Source: Syntrophales bacterium
Lineage (GTDB): Bacteria; Desulfobacterota; Syntrophia; Syntrophales; UBA5619
Direction: 5' to 3'
DNA length: 61,517 nt
Assembly (NCBI GenBank): GCA_030654195.1
Contig: JAURXV010000037.1
Span: 1 to 61,517, forward strand
A program made the translations under genes and the position numbers. Below the pieces are notes generated by a model. It worked only from the letters and a program-made list of their open reading frames with translations. It did no database searches and had not been told where the DNA came from. This document shows positions 1 through 9,884 of this stretch, piece by piece (the stretch's first letter is position 1; each line of letters starts with the position of its first letter).

Positions 1-2
1 GA

Positions 3-1193
3 CCACAGATCCGGTCGCTCGCCGACGAACTGGCGGCAAAGGCCGGCGTAACTCACGTGCTTGAATTGGATGACGACGGCAGCGGCAGCCTGACGGAAGC
101 GGCCTCATCCCGGCCGGATCATTTTACAACCGTCGCGCGCACCGGAGAGGACCTTGCCGCACTCCTCTATACCTCGGGGACGACCGGGCGCTCCAAGGGC
201 GCCATGCTATCCCATCGGAACCTGGCATCCAATGCCAAGGTGCTTCATCGCTACTGGGGGTTCCGATCCGGAGACGTGCTTTTACACATGCTGCCGATCT
301 TTCACGTCCACGGGCTGTTTGTCGCCACCCACTGCAGCCTGATGAACGGCAGCCCGATGTTCTTCGAACCAAAATTCGATGTCAAACGGGCTCTCGCGTT
401 GCTGTCCAAGGCGACAGTGTTCATGGGCGTGCCGACCTACTATGTGCGCCTGCTCGCGGATCCCGGTTTTACACGGGAACTGTGCTCCAACATGCGTCTT
501 TTCATCTCCGGTTCGGCGCCGCTGCTGACGGAAACGTTCGAGGAGTTCAAAACCCGTACCGGTTATACGATTCTCGAACGCTACGGCATGACGGAAGGCA
601 ACATGTTTACCTCCAATCCATACGACGGCGAACGGCGCAGGGGAACGGTCGGTTTCCCGCTGCCGGGCGTGTCGATCCGGATTGCCGACGCCGAGAACCG
701 GCCGGCAGAGGTCGGCGAGACCGGCCAAATCCAAGTCAAGGGTGATAACATTTTCCGCGGCTACTGGCGGATGCCGGAAAAGACCAGGGAGGAGTTCACC
801 GCGGACGGTTTTTTCAAGACAGGCGACATGGGCAAGCGGGACAAAGAGGGCTACATTTCGATCATCGGCCGTTCAAAAGATCTCATCATCAGCGGGGGGC
901 TGAACGTTTATCCGAAGGAAATCGAGGAGATGATCGACGCCATGCCGGGCATTTTCGAATCCGCCGTCTTCGGCGTGCCCCATCCGGACTTCGGCGAGGC
1001 CGTTGTTGCGGCGGTCGTACGCCAGAAGAACCCGGACGGCGCGGCTGCAACCGAAACCGGTATCATTCACGCATTGAAGGGCGCCCTTGCCAACTTCAAG
1101 GCGCCGAAGCGCGTCCATTTTATCGACGAACTGCCGCGCAACAGCATGGGCAAGGTCCAGAAGAACGTCCTTCGGAACCGATTCGCCGGATGA
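3..1193 (+). CDS. matB: Acyl-CoA synthetase, malonyl-CoA synthetase (MatB)-like; 5' end outside the window
   Basis: AMP-binding motif LYTSGTTGRSKG, plus LERYGMTE, GFFKTGD and PRNSMGKVQK; the frame is open back to position 3. Confidence 0.75.
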   Translation, partial: PQIRSLADELAAKAGVTHVLELDDDGSGSLTEAASSRPDHFTTVARTGEDLAALLYTSGTTGRSKGAMLSHRNLASNAKVLHRYWGFRSGDVLLHMLPIFHVHGLFVATHCSLMNGSPMFFEPKFDVKRALALLSKATVFMGVPTYYVRLLADPGFTRELCSNMRLFISGSAPLLTETFEEFKTRTGYTILERYGMTEGNMFTSNPYDGERRRGTVGFPLPGVSIRIADAENRPAEVGETGQIQVKGDNIFRGYWRMPEKTREEFTADGFFKTGDMGKRDKEGYISIIGRSKDLIISGGLNVYPKEIEEMIDAMPGIFESAVFGVPHPDFGEAVVAAVVRQKNPDGAAATETGIIHALKGALANFKAPKRVHFIDELPRNSMGKVQKNVLRNRFAG

Positions 1194-1259
1194 TCCCGGC
1201 TGCGGTTTTTATCTGTAAAGGATTGGTGGGCAGATTTTAAAAATCCGAGGAAACGGACC

Positions 1260-2306
1260 ATGCCTCATATGCTCATGCCTTTTGCCGGCAATCTAATCAC
1301 CACCGGGATGGGGATCCTGCCGCACAAAGAGCTGGAGAGAGCGCTATCCGTGGCGATGAGCGTCGACATCCCTTTCTGGCCGCAACTGCCGAAGATCGAT
1401 TATTTCGAAGACATGTACGTTCAGGCCTCGGAGAATTTCCCCGGCATCGTTCTGGAACCGGAAAATCGCAAGATCCATTTCAGCACGGAAAAATTTTATG
1501 CCGAACTGGAAAATGCGTTGATGAATCTGGAAAATGAAGATTTTTTCCGGATGTCCCCTCGTTTTTCCGCCACTTATCATCAATTTTTATCCCTGGATTT
1601 ATCCCCTTACGTGTCCATACGCGGCCAGTTGGAAGGCCCGGTGAGCTTCGGTCTGAATGTGCTGGACGAAAACAGGAAGCCGATCCTTTACAATGACGAG
1701 GTGCGCTCGATCCTCTTTGATTTCATGGCCCGAAAGGCCAACTGCCAATTGCGCGAACTGAAAGAAAAAAATCCCCGTGCCTTTCTTTTTATCGACGAAC
1801 CGGGACTCCAGTCCATCTTCAGCGCGATATCCGGCTATACCGCAGATCTGGCACGCGTCGATTTGGGAGGCTTCCTGGCCCAGATCGAACATCCCCGGGG
1901 CATCCACCTCTGCGGCAATCCCGACTGGGATTTTCTGCTCCATCTCGATATCGACATCCTTTCATTCAATGCCTACAACTGCGGAGAGATATTAGTCAAA
2001 TACCGGGAAGGGATCAATGGATTTCTGGATAAAGGCGCGATGTTCGGCTGGGGGCTGGTGCCGGCAAACCATGATGAATTCATCATGGAATCTATGGATG
2101 GCCTCGTCCATCGCATCGAAACGCTCTGGCGGGAATTGGAAATGGCCGGTTTTGATCTGCCGCGGCTCCTTTCCCAAAGCATTCTGATGCCGGCGACCTG
2201 CGCGCTGATGAACCCCGATGGCTTCGATACGGTGGAGGCCGCTTACGATTCTCTAAAAAATATCTCCCGACTTCTGCAGACAAAGTATCTCCAACCATCG
2301 ACGTGA
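1260..2306 (+). CDS. Core (single-barrel, MetE C-terminal-like) methionine synthase family protein
   Basis: 348 aa; PFWPQLP, GPVSFG, FIDEPG, Zn-type HLC and C-terminal PATC; no second barrel. Confidence 0.65.
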   Translation: MPHMLMPFAGNLITTGMGILPHKELERALSVAMSVDIPFWPQLPKIDYFEDMYVQASENFPGIVLEPENRKIHFSTEKFYAELENALMNLENEDFFRMSPRFSATYHQFLSLDLSPYVSIRGQLEGPVSFGLNVLDENRKPILYNDEVRSILFDFMARKANCQLRELKEKNPRAFLFIDEPGLQSIFSAISGYTADLARVDLGGFLAQIEHPRGIHLCGNPDWDFLLHLDIDILSFNAYNCGEILVKYREGINGFLDKGAMFGWGLVPANHDEFIMESMDGLVHRIETLWRELEMAGFDLPRLLSQSILMPATCALMNPDGFDTVEAAYDSLKNISRLLQTKYLQPST

Positions 2307-2351
2307 ACAGAATATGGAAAGAACGCGGTTATCATTCTGATCGCTTTTGTC

Positions 2352-2380
2352 TTGACAACCGGCAGGCGGTTCAAGATAAT
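2352..2380 (+). promoter_or_regulatory. Putative sigma-70 promoter for the GMP synthase subunit
   Basis: TTGACA (2352-2357), 17 bp spacer, GATAAT (2375-2380). Confidence 0.55.
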
Positions 2381-2440
2381 CACACCCTGTCCGGTAGGGG
2401 ATCAATAATTTAGAATTCCGGGAAAGGAGAAAAGGGCATC

Positions 2441-3403
2441 ATGGCAAAAGAAATCCGTGCAGCGAAACTGGATACGGAGCAGTTCATCTCCGAAAAAGTG
2501 AGGGAAATCAGAAAAATCGTCGGGAAAGGCATCGCCATCAACGCCCTCTCCGGAGGAGTTGATTCATCGGTTGTAACCGCCTTGGGTCACCGGGCTCTGG
2601 GGGACCGACTCAAAACCTGCTTTATCGACAACGGCCTCATGAGGCAGAATGAACCGAAACAGGTGAAATCCCTCTTCCAGTCACTGGGCATTCCGATAGA
2701 GATCATTGACGCCAGGAAGGCCTTCTTCAAGGCCCTGAAAGGATTGACAGACCCTGAGGAAAAACGGGAGGCCATTACCCAGACTTTCTATAAAAAAGTA
2801 TTCGGTGAGCTGGTTGTGCAGAGCGGAGCGAAGTATCTCCTCCAGGGAACCATCCTGACGGATATTGATGAAACCGTGGCGGGGATCAAGCGGCAGCACA
2901 ATGTCTTTGAGCAACTCGGCATCGATCCCCAGAAGGCATTCGGTTATAAGATTATCGAACCCCTGGTCCAGTTGCGCAAGGACGGGGTGCGCAAAGTGGG
3001 GGCCGCTCTGGGCCTGCCGGCATCGCAATTTGACCGGATTCCTTTCCCCGGACCGGCCCTGGCGGCGCGGGTCCTGGGTGAAGTGACACCGGATCGCGTG
3101 AAGATCGTCAGGAAAGCCACGGCCATTGTGGAAAAAGAGCTGTCGGAAATGAAGGTTTTCCAATATCTGGCCATCCTGCACGAGGACCGCGTCACGGGCA
3201 TGCGGGATGGGAAAAGGGATTTCGGCCTCCAGATCGAGATCCGTTGCTGGGACAGTGTCGATGCCCGATCCGCCGCGGCAACAAGATTGCCCTATGAAAC
3301 TCTGGAGAGAATCGCCGGTAAGATCGTCAAAGACGTCCCCGGTGTGGTCAGCGTGACCTATAACATCACTCCGAAACCGCCTTCAACCATCGAAGCGGTA
3401 TAA
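2441..3403 (+). CDS. guaAB: GMP synthase ATP-pyrophosphatase subunit (no glutamine amidotransferase domain)
   Basis: PP-loop ALSGGVDSSV, DPEEKR, FPGPALAARV and C-terminal YNITPKPPSTIE; AAGGAG RBS upstream. Confidence 0.85.
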   Translation: MAKEIRAAKLDTEQFISEKVREIRKIVGKGIAINALSGGVDSSVVTALGHRALGDRLKTCFIDNGLMRQNEPKQVKSLFQSLGIPIEIIDARKAFFKALKGLTDPEEKREAITQTFYKKVFGELVVQSGAKYLLQGTILTDIDETVAGIKRQHNVFEQLGIDPQKAFGYKIIEPLVQLRKDGVRKVGAALGLPASQFDRIPFPGPALAARVLGEVTPDRVKIVRKATAIVEKELSEMKVFQYLAILHEDRVTGMRDGKRDFGLQIEIRCWDSVDARSAAATRLPYETLERIAGKIVKDVPGVVSVTYNITPKPPSTIEAV

Positions 3404-3513
3404 TCGGGAATCGCTGCATGGTCACAACCTGCCCGCCGAAAGGAGGGAACCTTTCCCAATCGCTGGACGGGGCTTGTTGGAATGAATATTCTATAAGGGC
3501 AGGACAACGGCTG

Positions 3514-5031
3514 TCAGGACGGGAATAGATCGTTGGTGGAAAAATTGGGTTCACTGGTGAGATTGACACCCAGGCGCCTCAATCCTGCTTCGTCGCCGGG
3601 AGTGGGGATGTGGGTGATGTGAACTTCGCAGCCTCTGAGTTCCTTTAGTTTTTCGATGGCCAGTTGAGCGGCCGGATTCGTTGTCGCGCTGATGCTCAGC
3701 GCAATCAGTGTTTCCTCCAGATCGAGACTGATGGACTTTTCGTTGAGGATATCCGTCTTCATATTTCTAACGGAATCGGTGATATAAGCAGGCAACAAAG
3801 TAATCTTGGCGGGTATGTCGGCAAGAGACTTGATGGCATGCAGGATCAGGCTCGATGACGCATGCATCAGTGGGGAGTTGTTGCCGGTGATGATGGCGCC
3901 ATCCTTTAGCTCGATCGCGGCGCCGCAATAAATCCCTTCGTTGCCTTTATTCAGTTCCTGCGCCTCCCTGGCAGCCCGCCATGCCGGTCCGACGACACGG
4001 CGATCCTCCGGATGAATATTGAAGTCATTAAGAAAGAGCTCGACTCTCTGAACCGTTTCCTTGTCGGCAAATCCCATGACATACTCGCAGCGGTATCGAT
4101 AATATCGCCGGATCACTTCCTGCTTGGCCGCTTGTCTGGCGACTTCGTCGTCGATGATGGCAAATCCGGCCCTGTTCACACCCATGTCCGTTGGTGAACT
4201 GTAGAATGAATCCCCGCCCGTAATTTTTTCGAGAATCCGTTTTACAACCGGAAAAACCTCCACATCCCTGTTATAATTCACCGCTTTTTCGTCATAGGCT
4301 TCCAGATGAAAGGGATCGATCAGGTTGAAATCCCGGATATCCGCCGTGGCCGCTTCGTAGGCCACATTCACCGGATGCTTGAGGGGCAGGTTCCAGATGG
4401 GAAAGGTTTCAAACTTGGCGTAACCGGCTTTGACGCCCCGCCGGTATTCGTGATAAAGTTGCGACAGACAGGTGGCAAGCTTGCCGCTTCCGGGGCCTGG
4501 GCCGGTCACAATCACCAAAGGTTTATCGGTTTCAATGTATGCATTGGCGCCGTATCCCTCGTCGCTCACAATCGCTTCGACGTCCGTAGGATACCCCAGG
4601 GTGAAACGATGCGTGAAAACCTTGATGTTTCTCCTTTCCAGCTTGTTCTTGAAGAGTTGCGCTGCAGGCTGATGATCGAAACGGGTGATCACGACGCCCA
4701 GAACATTGACGCCCCAGCTCCTGAGATCATCGATCAACTTGAGGGCATCGGAATCATAAGTGATGCCGAAATCGGCCCGGATTTTCTTTCTCTCAATGTC
4801 CCCTGCATAGATACAGAGCAGGATGTCGGACTTGTCTTTCAGCTCCTGGATCAGTCTCATTTTTACGTTCGGATCGTAACCGGGCAGGACACGGGCCGCA
4901 TGATAATCATAAAGCAGCTTGCCCCCAAATTCGAGGTAGAGCTTGTTATGGAACCGTTCAACCCTTTCGAGGATCTTGGCTGTCTGCTCGTTGATGTATT
5001 TTTCGTTGTCGAATCCTATTTTATCGTGCAT
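3514..5031 (-). CDS. DUF1846 / UPF0371 family protein
   Basis: KIGFDNEKY, LYLEFGGKL..D.HAARVLPG, GPGPGSGKLATC, YAKFETFPIWN. Confidence 0.8.
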   Translation of the reverse strand: MHDKIGFDNEKYINEQTAKILERVERFHNKLYLEFGGKLLYDYHAARVLPGYDPNVKMRLIQELKDKSDILLCIYAGDIERKKIRADFGITYDSDALKLIDDLRSWGVNVLGVVITRFDHQPAAQLFKNKLERRNIKVFTHRFTLGYPTDVEAIVSDEGYGANAYIETDKPLVIVTGPGPGSGKLATCLSQLYHEYRRGVKAGYAKFETFPIWNLPLKHPVNVAYEAATADIRDFNLIDPFHLEAYDEKAVNYNRDVEVFPVVKRILEKITGGDSFYSSPTDMGVNRAGFAIIDDEVARQAAKQEVIRRYYRYRCEYVMGFADKETVQRVELFLNDFNIHPEDRRVVGPAWRAAREAQELNKGNEGIYCGAAIELKDGAIITGNNSPLMHASSSLILHAIKSLADIPAKITLLPAYITDSVRNMKTDILNEKSISLDLEETLIALSISATTNPAAQLAIEKLKELRGCEVHITHIPTPGDEAGLRRLGVNLTSEPNFSTNDLFPS

Positions 5032-5209
5032 GAATGAATGTAACCCTCCTGTGCCGGGCGCCTCGGCTCGTTTAGATGTTCATCCCGCGTTTGTATCATG
5101 CCTTATGAAATCAGGATGCGTCTTTTTGACGTTTGCGTACGGGCTATATAGATCAAGCGGTCTCGTATGTCAAAAAATAAGCTTCGGCCATTCGCAGCCC
5201 TGGTTCTCA

Positions 5210-5238
5210 TTGACATACAAGTCCGTTCTGCTTATACT
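5210..5238 (+). promoter_or_regulatory. Putative sigma-70 promoter
   Basis: TTGACA (5210-5215), 17 bp spacer, TATACT (5233-5238). Confidence 0.55.
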
Positions 5239-5362
5239 TCCTTCGTCAAAAAGCAATACTTTTTGAAAAATGGCGTTCGGCGCCGCCGCTGCGCAGATAG
5301 CCCTAAACGATGAGAATTGCATCGCTCCGCCGGAGGCCGCGGCAAAGAGGAGACATCATTCA

Positions 5363-5770
5363 ATGAACAACGCTTTCGTCAATCTGCTTGTGCGGTGGTT
5401 CGTGCTGGCGCTGGGCGTGGTGCTGAGCACGAAAATCGTGCCCGGCATCAGCTACGACACGGGCACGACCCTCGCGGTCGTGGTGCTGGTACTGAGCTTT
5501 TTCAATGCGGTCCTGAAGCCGCTGCTGCTGCTTTTCACGCTGCCGTTCATTGTCCTGTCGCTCGGCATCGGCATCTGGATCATCAACGCCATCCTGTTCT
5601 ATTTCGTCGGCCGGCTGGTGGACGGGTTTCATGTGGCCGGTTTCGGGTCAGCGTTGTTGGGGGCGTTGATTGTCAGCCTGACCAACCTGCTGATGAACCG
5701 GCTGCTTGCACGACCGCGCCGGCCCGGTCCGCCGCCAGCGGCCAGGCGGGATGATGTGATTGATATCTGA
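5363..5770 (+). CDS. YvlD/DUF360 ('phage holin family 4') four-TM membrane protein
   Basis: NAVLKPLL..FTLP..SLG...INA and GF.V.GF.SALLGALIVS; GAGGAG upstream of ATG 5363. Confidence 0.75.
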   Translation: MNNAFVNLLVRWFVLALGVVLSTKIVPGISYDTGTTLAVVVLVLSFFNAVLKPLLLLFTLPFIVLSLGIGIWIINAILFYFVGRLVDGFHVAGFGSALLGALIVSLTNLLMNRLLARPRRPGPPPAARRDDVIDI

Positions 5771-5785
5771 ATGGTGTGGATTCTT

Positions 5786-6745
5786 TCAGCAGCCTTCGGT
5801 TTGCAGAGACCCGATCAGATCCTTCATGCATCCGATCCGATGCCGGATCATGTAATCTTCGATGCCGTCGATGATTTCCATCGTGGCGGCCGGATGGATG
5901 AAGTTGGCCGTGCCGATCTGGACGGCCGATGCCCCCGTAATCAGGAATTCGAGCGCGTCGGCGGCCGTCGAGATTCCGCCGATTCCGATCACCGGGATCT
6001 TTACGGAACGGACCACCTGCCAGACCATCCGGAGGGCGACCGGTTTTACGGCGGGGCCGGAGAGGCCGCCGGTGACGTTCGCCAGATGGGGACGCCGCCG
6101 TTCGATATCCACCGACATCCCCGTCAGCGTGTTGATCAGGGAAACGGCGTCGGCGCCGGCAGCCTCCACGGCCCGGGCAATTTCGGTGATGTCGGTCACG
6201 TTCGGCGTCAGTTTTACGATCACCGGCAGATCCGTTTCACCCCGGACCATTTTCGTAACGGCGGCGGCGGCATCAGGATAGGCGCCGAAGGCGACGCCAC
6301 CCTTCTTCACATTCGGGCAGGAGATGTTGACCTCGATCGCGTGCACCCCCGCTGCCCGGGTGAGAACCTCCGTAACACGCCGGTATTCGTCGATCGTTTC
6401 ACCAAAGATGTTGGCAATGACCGTGACGTTGAATTGCCTCAGAAAGGGAAGCTTCTCTGCGATGAACGCCCGGACGCCGATATTCTGCAGTCCCACGGCG
6501 TTCAGCATCCCGCAGCGGGTCTCCATGATCCGGGGGGGCGGGTTGCCCGGTCTCGGTTCGAGGGAGAGCCCTTTGACCACGATGGCCCCCAGACGGTTCA
6601 GATCGCAAAACGGGGCGTATTCTTCGCCGTAGCCAAAGGTTCCCGAAGCGGTCATGACCGGATTCTTGAGGCGGAGACCGCAGATATCGACCGCAAGCCT
6701 CCCGGGAACAACCGTTTTTTTATCTGCTTCCATCTCCTGAATCAC
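5786..6745 (-). CDS. pyrD: Dihydroorotate dehydrogenase B (NAD+), catalytic subunit
   Basis: [38 protein letters not shown]; adjacent to pyrK; start may be ATG 6733. Confidence 0.95.
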   Translation of the reverse strand: MIQEMEADKKTVVPGRLAVDICGLRLKNPVMTASGTFGYGEEYAPFCDLNRLGAIVVKGLSLEPRPGNPPPRIMETRCGMLNAVGLQNIGVRAFIAEKLPFLRQFNVTVIANIFGETIDEYRRVTEVLTRAAGVHAIEVNISCPNVKKGGVAFGAYPDAAAAVTKMVRGETDLPVIVKLTPNVTDITEIARAVEAAGADAVSLINTLTGMSVDIERRRPHLANVTGGLSGPAVKPVALRMVWQVVRSVKIPVIGIGGISTAADALEFLITGASAVQIGTANFIHPAATMEIIDGIEDYMIRHRIGCMKDLIGSLQTEGC

Positions 6746-6769
6746 ACTCCTTGCTCTTTTGCGCTACCC

Positions 6770-7612
6770 CTACACGGGAGGATCCCAGAGGATCTCCCCG
6801 ATATCGAATACCGGGCCGTCATGACAGACCCTCCGGTAACCGGTTCGCCCCTCCCCTTCCTTGATTGCAACCGCACATCCCAGGCAGGCGCCGACGCCGC
6901 AGGCCATCCTCTCCTCAAGCGAGACCTGGCAGCGGATTCGGGTGTCTCTGAGCAGAAGAGCCAGTGACCGGATCATCGCCCCCGGACCGCAGGCCAGGAT
7001 GAGCGTGCTCTTTGCGTCGTATTCCCCAAGATCAACCGCCAGGAACTCGGTGACGGTTCCGTGATACCCACAGCTGCCGTCGTCGGTGGCCGTCCGGAGG
7101 TCGCAGAAATCCTGGAAACGGTTCAACCCGGTCAGGAGTTCCGCCGTTCCGGCGCCGAGATAGGCCGTGACCTGCCGTTTCCCGGAATCGGGTTTCAGTA
7201 GAGAACCTTCCTGGAGAAGGAAGGCCAGCGGCGCGGCGCCGACGCCGCCCGCGACCAGGAGAAGCTGTCGGACATCGGAATCGATTGTAAAACCGCGGCC
7301 AAGAGGACCCAGGACTGTAAGCGTTGAGCCTCGGTTCAGCCGGGAAAAGAGGGATGTACCCCGCCCGACGATGCGGCAGAGCAGATTCAGGATCGCGTGA
7401 CCCTTTTCCCGTTGAAAGCCGTAAACGCTGATCGGCCGGGGAAGGAGAGGCTCACCCCGATCCGGATCACGGATCATCACGAACTGCCCCGGGATCGGCG
7501 TTGCAAAAGAGAGCGGAAGCCGGATAGTCAGGAGGAAGTGACCGGGGGCCACACCGCGGTTCTCCATGACCTGCCCGATTGCTATGGATGGTTTTTCAGC
7601 CATGGTGGTCAC
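6770..7612 (-). CDS. pyrK: Dihydroorotate dehydrogenase electron transfer subunit
   Basis: PGQF, RPISV, GPLGRGF, ACGP and [2Fe-2S] motif MACGVGACLGC...VC.DGPVF. Confidence 0.93.
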   Translation of the reverse strand: MTTMAEKPSIAIGQVMENRGVAPGHFLLTIRLPLSFATPIPGQFVMIRDPDRGEPLLPRPISVYGFQREKGHAILNLLCRIVGRGTSLFSRLNRGSTLTVLGPLGRGFTIDSDVRQLLLVAGGVGAAPLAFLLQEGSLLKPDSGKRQVTAYLGAGTAELLTGLNRFQDFCDLRTATDDGSCGYHGTVTEFLAVDLGEYDAKSTLILACGPGAMIRSLALLLRDTRIRCQVSLEERMACGVGACLGCAVAIKEGEGRTGYRRVCHDGPVFDIGEILWDPPV

Positions 7613-8121
7613 TCCTTATTCGCCGGTTCCGAGGGATGCTCTCCCTCCGGCCGAATCCGATCCAGGTCCGCCCAGAAGATCAGGGCATCCTCCCCCGTAT
7701 CGGAATAATAACGGGGACGAACGCCCTTCACCGAAAAGCCGAACTTTTCGTACAGATTCTGTGCCGGAAGGTTGGTGCGGCGCACCTCAAGCGTGACCCA
7801 TCGCGCCCCTTCCGATTGCGAAGCCCGGAACGCCTCCCGCAGCAAAAAAGAGGCAACCCTTTTCCTCCGCTGATCTTTCCGGACCGCGATGGTATGGAGG
7901 TGCATCTCGTCCGCCACCCGCCAGTAGACGACGTAACCCGCTACCGGTTTGCCCGGCAATCGAACAACCCTGCCCACGAGCATCCGGGCGATGGGGTTGG
8001 TCATCTCGCTGCGGAACAGATTCTCCGACCAGGGAGAGGTGAAAGAATCCCTTTCGATGGCCATAATTTCGCGCATATCCCCTTCCTCACATTCTCCGAT
8101 TCGGATGTTATTATTTTTCAT
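7609..8121 (-). CDS. rimI: Ribosomal-protein-alanine N-acetyltransferase (GNAT)
   Basis: IE..SF..PWS, TLEVR..N..A..LYEKFGF, R..YY.D.GEDA. Confidence 0.85.
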   Translation of the reverse strand: MKNNNIRIGECEEGDMREIMAIERDSFTSPWSENLFRSEMTNPIARMLVGRVVRLPGKPVAGYVVYWRVADEMHLHTIAVRKDQRRKRVASFLLREAFRASQSEGARWVTLEVRRTNLPAQNLYEKFGFSVKGVRPRYYSDTGEDALIFWADLDRIRPEGEHPSEPANKE

Positions 8122-8125
8122 GATT

Positions 8126-8821
8126 CTAAAAACTCCGGATGTAATGGAGAATAACCGTCGCCGACAAGAATACCGCGCAGAAAATGGGAAGGGCGCCGCG
8201 CAGATGGAGGGTGTTGAGTGCGACCGCGGTTCCGATCAGAGGAAGGAGCCCATAGACCAGATCCAGCCCTCGGATGATCCGGGGCGCCAGGCATGGATAG
8301 CTCCATGTCATGACGCCGACGCCAATCGGGATTGCAATCAGGATCAGGCCGGCCGACAGGAGCCAGGTCTTCAGGGCCGCGAAAAGGTGTTTGCGTGCAA
8401 TGGCGGGTGGGGCGCCGCTGATGGCATTCTTCAAGGCTTCATTCGCGGGTTTCTCATTTCCGCGGATAATCCAGCGGTCCATTTGTTGCGCAAGATAGGC
8501 GAACGGAACAAAAATGAGCACGGCCAATGCGATCAGTCCCTGGGGCAGGTGACCCAGAATCCGGCCGCTCTCGATGGCGCAGGCGGCAATCACAATGGCG
8601 GCAGCCGTGTCGTTGGGAGGAACATAGGCGCCGATCGGAAGACGGTCGATCCATAACAATTCGATGAATGCGCCGGCAATGAGACCGGTATAGGGATCGC
8701 CCAGGATAGCCCCGGTCACGGGCGCCGCCACAATCGGTCGCGAGATCAGGGTCTGGATGAAGACGCGATCCAGGCAGAGGAGGCCGCCGGCAATGGATAC
8801 GATCAGAACATTCATGATCAT
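8126..8821 (-). CDS. PTS mannose/fructose/sorbose family IIC component
   Basis: QTLISRPIV, GLIAGAFIELLW, GAYVPP; hydrophobic; follows IIB. Confidence 0.85.
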   Translation of the reverse strand: MIMNVLIVSIAGGLLCLDRVFIQTLISRPIVAAPVTGAILGDPYTGLIAGAFIELLWIDRLPIGAYVPPNDTAAAIVIAACAIESGRILGHLPQGLIALAVLIFVPFAYLAQQMDRWIIRGNEKPANEALKNAISGAPPAIARKHLFAALKTWLLSAGLILIAIPIGVGVMTWSYPCLAPRIIRGLDLVYGLLPLIGTAVALNTLHLRGALPIFCAVFLSATVILHYIRSF

Positions 8822-8888
8822 AGGATCCGCCTGAACGGTTCAAACGCGGGTTAAGGCCGGACACGTGAAAAAAGGGTCCGCGCGTGCA

Positions 8889-9389
8889 TCAGGACCCCAT
8901 GCTCCGGACGATTTCGAAAAGATCGATCGGTTTTTCCCTCGGGACGCGCCACAATTCGATCTGCACCCCAGCATTCCGCAGGCCGGTGATATCCCGGATG
9001 TCCCCATCGCTCAGCAGGACGGATGGGGTACAACAAAGCCTGCATTCCTCGTTATAAATATTTCCGATATTCAGTTTATCAAATCGGAAGCCGTGCCGAT
9101 AGGCCGTCCATGCGGCGGAAACGGTGCTGAAGAGAACAATCGTCGAGGGGCCGCTGCCCCGCCGGAAAGCGTTGTTTTCCGCAAATTCCGCCACGCCGCT
9201 GATCACGACCCGGACTTTGCTGGGAACCGCCATCCGGATCACCGTCTCGCGGAAGAAATCGGAGGCTACCTGATCATCCGCTACAACAATGCAGGAAGCC
9301 TTGAGAAAAGGAACCCAAGCCTCCAGGATCTGGCCATGAACCAGACGGTTATCGACCCGCACAAGGGCTATATCCAATGAATCTTGCAA
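8889..9389 (-). CDS. PTS mannose/fructose/sorbose family IIB component
   Basis: RVDNRLVHGQ with phosphoacceptor His; LNIGNI. Confidence 0.9.
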   Translation of the reverse strand: MQDSLDIALVRVDNRLVHGQILEAWVPFLKASCIVVADDQVASDFFRETVIRMAVPSKVRVVISGVAEFAENNAFRRGSGPSTIVLFSTVSAAWTAYRHGFRFDKLNIGNIYNEECRLCCTPSVLLSDGDIRDITGLRNAGVQIELWRVPREKPIDLFEIVRSMGS

Positions 9390-9393
9390 TGGG

Positions 9394-9801
9394 TTATCCG
9401 ACTTTTTTGCTCAGAATATCACTGGCAAGGGAGATGTTCTTGATTCCGTAATCCTTGATGAAATGGGCAAAATCCTCCAAGGTCATCCCTTCCCGGATGT
9501 CGGGGAGCTTCAGAAGCATCGGAAGGTTGACGCCGGTAATCACCTCTACCTTGCCCGTCTTCAGAAAGGAGAGGGCAAGGTTGGAGGGCGTCCCGCCGAA
9601 AAGATCCGTCAGAATAAGTACCCCCTGACCCTGCTCCAGCTTCTTGAGCGCCGTGCTCATCTCCTTTTTGATATCTTCCACCCCTTTGGTCTGGTCGACG
9701 GCGATATGAACGATCCCCTTTATGCTGCCGCGGATCAATTCCGCCGCCTTGATCAATTCGTTCCCCAGATTGCCGTGGGTGGTGATCAGTACGCCAATCA
9801 T
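9394..9801 (-). CDS. PTS mannose-family IIA component
   Basis: MIGVLITTHG, TDLFGGTPSN, GVNLPML; start trimmed to ATG 9801. Confidence 0.9.
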   Translation of the reverse strand: MIGVLITTHGNLGNELIKAAELIRGSIKGIVHIAVDQTKGVEDIKKEMSTALKKLEQGQGVLILTDLFGGTPSNLALSFLKTGKVEVITGVNLPMLLKLPDIREGMTLEDFAHFIKDYGIKNISLASDILSKKVG

Positions 9802-9832
9802 GATTTTTCCCCCATGTTCCGATATTTGGCGA

Positions 9833-9861
9833 AGGCTAATGGATTCAATCTCAATTGTCAA
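9833..9861 (-). promoter_or_regulatory. Putative sigma-70 promoter of the PTS-rimI-pyrK-pyrD operon
   Basis: Minus strand TTGACA, 17 bp spacer, TAGCCT. Confidence 0.4.
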
Positions 9862-9884
9862 GGTGAATCGGGGCAACTGGGCGG

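Noticed and set aside
5363-5770. Holin as evidence of a prophage
   Set aside because: YvlD/DUF360 proteins are common chromosomal membrane proteins and no phage genes are nearby
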